Below, in pieces: positions 7,717 to 10,014 of a stretch of 10,014 bases of DNA. Below the pieces are notes generated by a model. That model was given only the letters and a program-made list of their open reading frames with translations. It searched no databases and had not been told where the DNA came from. Each line of letters starts with the position of its first letter. Within the stretch, counting starts at the first letter, position 1. This stretch comes from Polyangia bacterium (GTDB lineage: Bacteria; Myxococcota_A; Polyangia; JAAYKL01): the NCBI GenBank assembly GCA_050287845.1, contig JBNKCR010000078.1, forward strand, positions 1-10,014, given 5' to 3'. Made by a program: the position numbers and the translations under genes.

Positions 7717-7864
7717 TGCGTATTTCGGTCATCGTGAATGCCCGTTTCGGGCATGGTGAACAGCTGTTTCGCTCATCGTGAACACGTTTCTTCTGTGGCC
7801 AAATCAAAGCGAAGCGACGCTGGCGTTTTTGTGTTATTTATTCCTGGTTTTTTCTGTAAACTCC
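7717..7864. mobile_element. Orphan IS21-family (IS408-like) terminal sequence, probably the right end; no istA/istB
   Basis: Starts TGCGTATTTCGGTCATCGTGAA, with three 16-bp units TTTCG(G/C)(T/G)CAT(C/G)GTGAA at 7723, 7745 and 7767 (22-bp period). A 5'-TG terminus plus repeated subterminal transposase-binding units is the IS21 end layout. It is followed by GCGAAGCGACGCTGG (7809-7823), which I recall from IS21 right ends. Inner boundary uncertain. Confidence 0.7.
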
Positions 7865-7931
7865 TTTCGAATTGTGCTCCCATTTGCGCAAGTTCTTTTC
7901 TGAACTTGATTTTTTCGTGACGAATTTCCTC
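7865..7931. repeat. 67-bp copy of the coiled-coil segment of the SEC-C gene
   Basis: 7865-7931 aligns to 896-962 with 64/67 identity (differences at 935, 937, 939). Confidence 0.92.
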
Positions 7932-8125
7932 TTGGCGATGGGCTTGGATTGTGGTTAAAACACCTGGGTCGGTTATGATATTCCGAAGGTCGTTTCCATA
8001 CCCCGGATTGGGAAAAAAATTTGATGAGGCGTCAGTTTTAAGGGAATATCAGAGGGGGGGGACAGGGCATGGGCGCCGGTCAATGTGGTGGATGCAGTGG
8101 GATGGTTATTTTTAAATGAATATGT

Positions 8126-8149
8126 AATTTCGCAGCTGTCTGCGAAATT
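8126..8149. promoter_or_regulatory. Perfect 10-bp inverted repeat (candidate operator or hairpin)
   Basis: AATTTCGCAG-CTGT-CTGCGAAATT in the intergenic region between the DGC gene and ohyA. Function not determinable. Confidence 0.3.
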
Positions 8150-8318
8150 GAGAAGCATAAGGGAACGCTCCCTTTCCGATGGCTGCGGGTGCGGCGCCTC
8201 TGGTTCAATATTCGGGTTCTGATTTAATTTTTTCATAATTATTTCAATGGTTTACATGGTGGTGAACCGTGCCCCGGGAAGGGCCGGGAAAGGTGTTGTG
8301 GCCGGGCCACGAAGGTCT

Positions 8319-10014
8319 TCAGAAGTAACTGACGTTTTCGAAGTTGACGATGTTGATGGGGGAGAAGATTTCGGGTTCCACCCGCTCGCGGCGGTTGAGG
8401 CTCCGTACAACGGTGCGCATGAGGATGCGGCCCATTTCGCGGGGATTGGTGTTGAGGGTTGCGGTCATCACACCTTCCCGGATGGCCTGGAGCGCCGTGT
8501 GGGTGCCATCGAGTCCAACGATGAAGATTTGTCCCTGACGTCCGGCTGCAGTGACTGCATCACACGCGCCGAGCGCCATTTCGTCGCTCACGGCGTAGAT
8601 GGCGTCCACCGGTTGTTTCGCGAGGAGTTGTTCCACGATGCGCCGTGATTTTTCCCGTTCCCAGTCCCCCTGACGGGTGGCGACAACCCGGATGTTCGGG
8701 TATTGGGCGATTTCGCTTCTGAATCCTGCCACACGGTCGGTTGAGGTGCTGTGGGGGAGGCCCTTTAAAACAAATATGGTTCCCCGTTCCCGTAAAATTC
8801 GGGCCAGAAATCGACCCACCTCACGCCCCGCCTCGCGCTGGCGATACCCCACATAGGACACGACATCCGCTCCCTTGATTCTGCTCAGCGCGTTGAAGAA
8901 AAATACCGGAACTTTGGCCTGATTCAGTTCCTGTACCACCGGACCGATGGCATCGGAGTGGGAAGACAGGGCAATGGCATCGATACCGCTGCGGACCAGG
9001 GCGTTGCAGATAGACGACATTCCCTGGTAGTCAGATTCTTTATCCGGGGCGCGTGTCACCAGTTCAATGCCGCCCAACTGGTTGGCCACATCGCTGACAC
9101 CGGTGAGAATATCGCCGTAAAACGAGCTGGTGAACGCCGGGGGACAGTAGGCAAAGCGTATGGTTTTGCGAGAGCGAACCAGGGAGACTCTGATGCGGTT
9201 GCGTCCCTCTTCTTTGGCAACATAGAGCGACTGGTCAGCCCTTTCGATGAGCTCGGATTTTGTCTTCGCATGGGCGGGCATTCCCGCAATGCCTATGGAG
9301 ATGGTGAGCTTGACCCGGTGCGTGTCCGCTGCCCCGCGGAACGGGTATTCGGCGACGGTGGTCTGAATCCGTCTGGCGAGCGAGCGAGATTTATGGGGGG
9401 AAACCTGCGGTAAAATAATCGCCAGTTCTTCACCGCCGTAGCGCGCCGCCAGATCGTAGCTGCGAATGCTTCTCTGCAGGATTCCCGCAATATCTTTCAG
9501 GGCCGCGTCGCCTGTGGGGTGACCGAAGGCGTCGTTGAACTGTTTGAAGTTGTCAATATCGATCATCATCAGGCTGACGGGGTGGTTGAGGCGCTGGGCG
9601 CGGGCTATCTCTTTTTCCAGCGCCTGTTGAAAGTAGCGGTGGTTGTAGAGCCCTGTCAGACCGTCGAAATTTGCAAAGTTTGAGTAGATGGAAATTGTAT
9701 CAAGGTAATAGAGCTGCTCCATGAGCAGAACAAGACTGCCGCGGTTCTGGTTGATTGCAGCAACGGTGTCCGCATCAAAAGCCGCCGTGCGTCGCGCCAG
9801 AATGAGCCACCCAAGAGGGGTCCGGGCCTTGTGCAGGGGCACAACCAGCAGCTTGCCGATCTTCAATTTCTGTAATTCTCTGGGAAAAGCGGCCAGAACA
9901 GCCCTCTCAATAGTGTTGACCGCAATCGGTTTGCCCGTAAGGGCGCTTTCTGTCCGGTAGGGCGTGAGTACATCACAGAAACAGTCGGCGAGACGAGCGC
10001 TCAACCCGGGATGT
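8319..10014 (-). CDS. GAF-GGDEF diguanylate cyclase fused to a C-terminal RbsB/LacI-type sugar-binding domain (5' end probably outside the window)
   Basis: GAF-like LLVVPL...PLGWLILA...F; GGDEF domain with DGLTGLYNHRYF, MIDIDNFKQFNDAFGHPTGD, RSYD I-site (9453-9464), RYGGEEL (GGEEL 9423-9437) and ADQSLYVAKEEGRN; then ~280 aa of class I periplasmic-binding fold (VDAIYAVSDEMALGA, IFIVGLDG, ATLNTNPREMG). The frame stays open to the window edge. Confidence 0.9.
   Translation of the reverse strand, partial: HPGLSARLADCFCDVLTPYRTESALTGKPIAVNTIERAVLAAFPRELQKLKIGKLLVVPLHKARTPLGWLILARRTAAFDADTVAAINQNRGSLVLLMEQLYYLDTISIYSNFANFDGLTGLYNHRYFQQALEKEIARAQRLNHPVSLMMIDIDNFKQFNDAFGHPTGDAALKDIAGILQRSIRSYDLAARYGGEELAIILPQVSPHKSRSLARRIQTTVAEYPFRGAADTHRVKLTISIGIAGMPAHAKTKSELIERADQSLYVAKEEGRNRIRVSLVRSRKTIRFAYCPPAFTSSFYGDILTGVSDVANQLGGIELVTRAPDKESDYQGMSSICNALVRSGIDAIALSSHSDAIGPVVQELNQAKVPVFFFNALSRIKGADVVSYVGYRQREAGREVGRFLARILRERGTIFVLKGLPHSTSTDRVAGFRSEIAQYPNIRVVATRQGDWEREKSRRIVEQLLAKQPVDAIYAVSDEMALGACDAVTAAGRQGQIFIVGLDGTHTALQAIREGVMTATLNTNPREMGRILMRTVVRSLNRRERVEPEIFSPINIVNFENVSYF

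Noticed and set aside
7723..7790. CRISPR repeats or plasmid iterons
   Set aside because: The 22-bp period leaves only 6-bp gaps, there is no rep gene nearby, and the TG terminus fits an IS21 end better.
896..7931. Diversity-generating retroelement (TR/VR pair) explanation for the duplicated gene segments
   Set aside because: Mismatches are few and not adenine-specific on either strand (G/A, C/T, T/G at 935/937/939; A/G at 1290), the copies do not target a C-terminal variable region, and there is no reverse transcriptase in the window.
7973..8236. 87-aa minus-strand ORF
   Set aside because: No recognisable domain or clear RBS, and it spans low-complexity, palindrome-containing intergenic DNA.
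8257..8318. tRNA/tmRNA 3' end (TGGTGG...) as an integration site
   Set aside because: No correctly spaced T-arm (GTTCGA/TCGAAC) and no cloverleaf can be formed.

Overview
Mosaic bacterial accessory region with four intact-looking genes. (1) A ~717-aa minus-strand protein with a central SEC-C zinc-binding motif, a coiled coil and a C-terminal RelE/ParE-like domain (519-2672). (2) A ~624-aa secreted hypothetical protein (3718-5592, +). (3) An AT-rich oleate hydratase/MCRA-family gene (5991-7685, -). (4) A 5'-truncated GAF-GGDEF diguanylate cyclase fused to a C-terminal RbsB/LacI-type sugar-binding domain (8319->10014, -). The intergenic DNA holds four distinct REP-like palindrome types, a membrane-protein gene fragment and an orphan IS21-type end directly upstream of the oleate hydratase. 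The most unusual feature is a set of short (32-67 bp), near-identical but scrambled copies of the SEC-C/RelE-like gene and its upstream region on both sides of the oleate hydratase gene, including a repeat-insert-repeat arrangement at 5787-5951. All family assignments are by-eye motif recognition; no searches were run.
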